DNA of 64,000 bases, taken from Octopus bimaculoides. Taxonomy: Eukaryota. The translations under genes and the position numbers were made by a program. The stretch lies in the NCBI RefSeq assembly GCF_001194135.2, contig NC_068989.1, positions 75,150,065-75,214,064 of the forward strand. The letters run 5' to 3'. How positions within the stretch are numbered: position 1 is the stretch's first letter; each line of letters begins with the position of its first letter. Positions 62,591-64,000 of this stretch are shown piece by piece. The notes below the pieces were generated by a model. It was given only the letters and a program-made list of their open reading frames with translations. It did not search any database and was not told the origin of the DNA.

Positions 62591-64000
62591 CGTATGTCGA
62601 CCGATAGAATAAGCACTAGGCTTACAAAGAATAAGTCCCAGGGTCGATATGCTCGACTAAAGGCGGTGCTCCAGCATGGCCACAGTCAAATGACTGAAAC
62701 AAGTAAAAGAGTAAAGAGTATATATATAGATCGAAGGAATGTTATATTTTTTTAATTACTCATTAAATCATTTACTGTGGTCTGCAGTTTCTTTTACAAG
62801 GCTCAACCATTCTTCCTGCCAAAAGAAAAAAAAAAAACTTTGTATAACTATCACTAGTCTTCAGGTTTTATTTTTGTACATTATATTTATCAAAGGATCA
62901 AGTTCTGCTACATAGGTGTGTAATTACAGATATGGTATGTACTTGAACAAAGTGCAAGCCTCTGCTTTACTTCAGTTGGTTTGGTATACTCAACACACAG
63001 TCTACAATAGACATTCTAAATGGTATTAACTGGAGTTGATCAAAAGCAACCTATGAGCTCTACATGAAATCAGTCTTCACCTATTTATCTCCTAACATAT
63101 TCAAGCTACATGGAATAAACTTTGTTTTTTACTGGTTTTAGTTGTTAGACTTGAAGAACTTTTAGTTGAATGTATTGACCCAAGTACCCATTCTTTTAAA
63201 GCCCGATACCTATTCTATCAGCTTCTTTTACTAAACCGCCAAGTTATGGGGACGGGAACACACTACCACTAGCTCTCAGGCAGTGAAGTGGAGGCAAACG
63301 CAGATACAAAGGAACACGCACATGCACGCGTGCACGCTTTTCAGTTTCTGCCTACCACATCTACTCACAATGCTTTGGTCTATAATAGACTATAGTTGAA
63401 TACACTTGCCCAAGGTGACACGTAGTAGGGCAGAACCCTGAACCTTGTGATTGGGAAGCAAACTTCTTACCGCAAAGCCATGCCCGTGCCTATGTGTAAC
63501 ATATTTACAAATAAAGTATGAAAATTGTACTTGTAAATGAAGTATAGAAGTGGCCTCATCTTTGTCGTTCAGGTAGTGAATTGTCCTGGTCATTTAGAGC
63601 TGCCTCATGATATTTATTCAGGCTCTCTGTTTCTTAGGTTCAAATAATTTCAAGGTCACTAGCCTCTTCTCTGTGGCTAGTGGCTAAATAATAAAAAGTT
63701 AAAAAATTCAAAACAGCACAAGTAAACAATATATATATGTTTCAAATTTTGGCTCAAGGCCAGCAATTTCAAGGGAGGGTTTAAGTCGATTACATTGACC
63801 GCATGGCTCAACTGGTATTTATTTTATTGACCTCCAAGAGTATGAAAGGCAAAGTGGATCTTGGCAGAATTTGAACTCAAAATGTAAAGACGGACAAAAT
63901 GCTGCTCCATTTTACCTGCTATGCTGACTCTGCCAGTTTGCTTTATACACATACATACATACATACATGTGTGTGTGTATATATATATATATACATATAT

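Overview
This is animal genomic DNA: AT-rich, dense in microsatellites and repeats, with six assembly gaps. The SINE/LINE repertoire points to an octopus-like coleoid cephalopod, which is an inference. The only host gene I can support is the 5' part of importin-5 (IPO5/karyopherin beta-3) on the + strand. Its four coding exons (7821-7901, 40623-40703, 42752-42944, 59290-59392) have canonical GT-AG sites and splice into one open frame. The introns are 32.7 kb, 2.0 kb, 16.3 kb and >4.6 kb, and exon 5 lies beyond the window. The supplied ORF track captures only exon 3 recognisably; most of its long ORFs are artefacts of N runs, microsatellites or transposon antisense strands. The rest is decayed mobile DNA: RTE, RTE-X and CR1 LINEs, four Penelope-like (PLE) fragments, a mariner transposase remnant, MITEs (piggyBac, mariner, Tc2, hAT types) and several tRNA-derived SINE families. 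I found no rRNA, intact tRNA, CRISPR array or prokaryotic system, and no complete novel multi-gene system. The best leads are structural or RNA-level: (1) a near-intact tRNA-Glu fused to a SINE 3' tail; (2) a decayed type-I hammerhead ribozyme; (3) a 266-bp foldback palindrome and other inverted repeats inside IPO5 introns, including a pair bracketing exons 2-3; (4) a CpG-retaining patch deep in intron 1 that shares a 10-mer with the IPO5 promoter. Repeat boundaries are approximate unless a TSD or TIR is cited.
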